NCBI RefSeq assembly: GCF_006345805.1
Contig: NC_043011.1
Span: 6,572,001 to 6,636,000, forward strand
DNA length: 64,000 nucleotides
Direction of reading: 5' to 3'
Origin: Octopus sinensis
Taxonomy: Eukaryota
Shown here: piece after piece, positions 62,350-64,000 of the stretch
How the letters are laid out: the number at the start of each line of letters is the position of its first letter
Numbering within the stretch: the first letter of the stretch is position 1
Program-made: the position numbers and the translations under genes
The notes under the pieces: model-generated
The model's database searches: none
Seen by the model: the letters and a program-made list of their open reading frames with translations, nothing else
What the model was told of the DNA's origin: nothing

Positions 62350-62730
62350 TAGGTGTAGGAGTGGCTAGGGGGTAAGAGGCTTGCTTACCAACCACATGGT
62401 TCTGGGTTCAGTCCCACTGTGTGGCATCTTGGGCAAGTGTCTTCTACTATAGCTTTGGGTTGACCAAAGCCTTGTGAGTGAATTTGGTAGACGGAAACTG
62501 AAAGAAGCCCATCACATACATATATGTATTTGTGTGTGTGTGTGTGTCCCACCATCGCTTGACAACCGATGTTGGTGTGTTTACGCCACCGTAACTTAGC
62601 AGTTCCACAAAAGAGACCAACAGAGTAAGCACTAGGCTTACAAAAGAATAAGTCCTGGGGTTGATTTGTTTGATTAAGGGCAGTGCTCCAGCATGGCCAC
62701 AGTCAAATGACTAAAACAAGTAAAAAAATA
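62350..62730 (+). mobile_element. SINE family A
   Basis: TAGGTGTAGGAGTGGC...GACTAAAACAAGTAAAA. Confidence 0.9.
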
Positions 62731-62967
62731 TATGTATATACAAATACTGGAATACCAGTGTTTGTGTGTGTGTCTATTGTAGGTTCATGTTATAGTCATT
62801 GTTGCATTTTCTATAACCTCATGGCTCACAAAGAGAGACTGGTAAAATAAATATTGGGGTGGTTACGATCCACTGAAACTCCTTGACGGTGCTGCTCCAG
62901 CATGACCACTAACCAATGCTCACACAACACTACATTACATTGCAGTCTAATACAGCACCTGTGGTAA

Positions 62968-63235
62968 GAGTAGTTGCTACATGCATAGCTATAACGACAT
63001 GTGGCACAACAAGGCTAAATACATAGTTGCTACATGCATAGCTACAATGACATGTGGCACGATATGGCTAAATACATAGTTGCTACATGCATAGCTACAA
63101 TGACATGTGGCACATCATGGCTAAATACATAGTTGCTACATGCATAGCTACAATGACATGTGGCACATCATGGCTAAATACATAGTTGCTACATGCATAG
63201 CTACAATGACATGTGGCACGATATGGCTAAATACA
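62968..63235. repeat. 53-bp tandem minisatellite, ~5 copies
   Basis: AAATACATAGTTGCTACATGCATAGCTACAATGACATGTGGCAC..CATGGCT; AAATAC recurs at 63017, 63070, 63123, 63176 and 63229. Confidence 0.95.
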
Positions 63236-63257
63236 GGTGACCAGGGATATTGTTTGG

Positions 63258-63677
63258 ACTTTTAGCATTCAGATTACTCGGCCAAATGTAATACTTATCT
63301 ATTCACAATGCTTTTAATTAATCAAGCATTATCTGGTAGCTTTGAGACTTCGAATGATGTGATTATATATTTTTTTGAATGGCATTGCAGGGCAGGTGTG
63401 AGAGGAAAGATCTGGCTAGTGTGAACATAAAACAGGTAGAATAATCAGGCTGGATATGGCTGGTTTAAACGCTAAAACCATCTCTGGCCCAGATATTCTA
63501 CTAGTTTTATGTTTAAACTGGCCAGATCTGGTATCTCACACCTGCCCTACAACGCCATTCAAAAATTAAACAATCACATCATTGAAATTTCAAAGCTACA
63601 AAATGATGTATGATTAATTCAAAACAATAGGAATAAATACATGTTACAGTCGACAGAGTAATCTGAACGTGAAAGGG
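63258..63677. mobile_element. Two piggyBac-like MITE family 2 copies joined in inverted orientation (~420-bp imperfect palindrome)
   Basis: One copy at 63258-63476, inverted copy at ~63486-63677 ending GAAAGGG|TTAA. Confidence 0.8.
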
Positions 63678-64000
63678 TTAAGCTACATGTGGTACGAAAA
63701 ATATAGAACAACCAGCTGTCACTCTTGCTTCTGCTAATTGTTTCAGGTGCCTGTGGAGTCACCAGTAGACAGAGACTGCCCCACATCTCTCAGGTGTTCC
63801 AGCATTGATCCAGCAAAACATTGAAGATGTGAATTGCTGGAGAGCGAGCGAGAGAGAGAGACACCAGCATCTGGCTCAAACTGCTTCCCAGCTGATATCA
63901 CGCTCAGGAACACAACATGTTATTGAGTCCATGAACTGAACTGACAACCTTATAATCACATGCTGAACACACTGACCATTTAGGTCATGTGCCTTCACCT

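Overview
Eukaryotic, AT-rich, extremely repeat-dense genomic DNA. The (TA)n/(CA)n/(GA)n/(GATA)n arrays and SINE families suggest a coleoid cephalopod, probably Octopus (inferred from repeat content, not from a database search). Nearly all ORFs in the supplied track are microsatellite or SINE translations. Recognisable mobile elements: at least four SINE-like families (dozens of copies), RTE LINE endonuclease and 3' fragments, two CR1-type 3' ends, a 5'-truncated RLE (R4/Dong- or Hero-like) element between (TAA)n tracts, three Helitron pieces, a Tc1/mariner deletion derivative nested in the 5' UTR of a mariner, piggyBac-like (TTAA) MITEs and several foldback palindromes. Host-gene signal is limited to candidate minus-strand exons: 50710-50850 (read-through ends in a CaaX motif, CIVI*), 36568-36720 and a possible 5-nt microexon at 45250-45254. 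The most notable observations are two type I hammerhead ribozyme folds on the plus strand (20942-21014, fully canonical core; 12914-12958, one mismatch at the base of stem II), both with the palindromic helix III typical of Penelope-like-element/retrozyme hammerheads, plus a second family of atypical hammerhead-like motifs. No rRNA, true tRNA or CRISPR array is supported.
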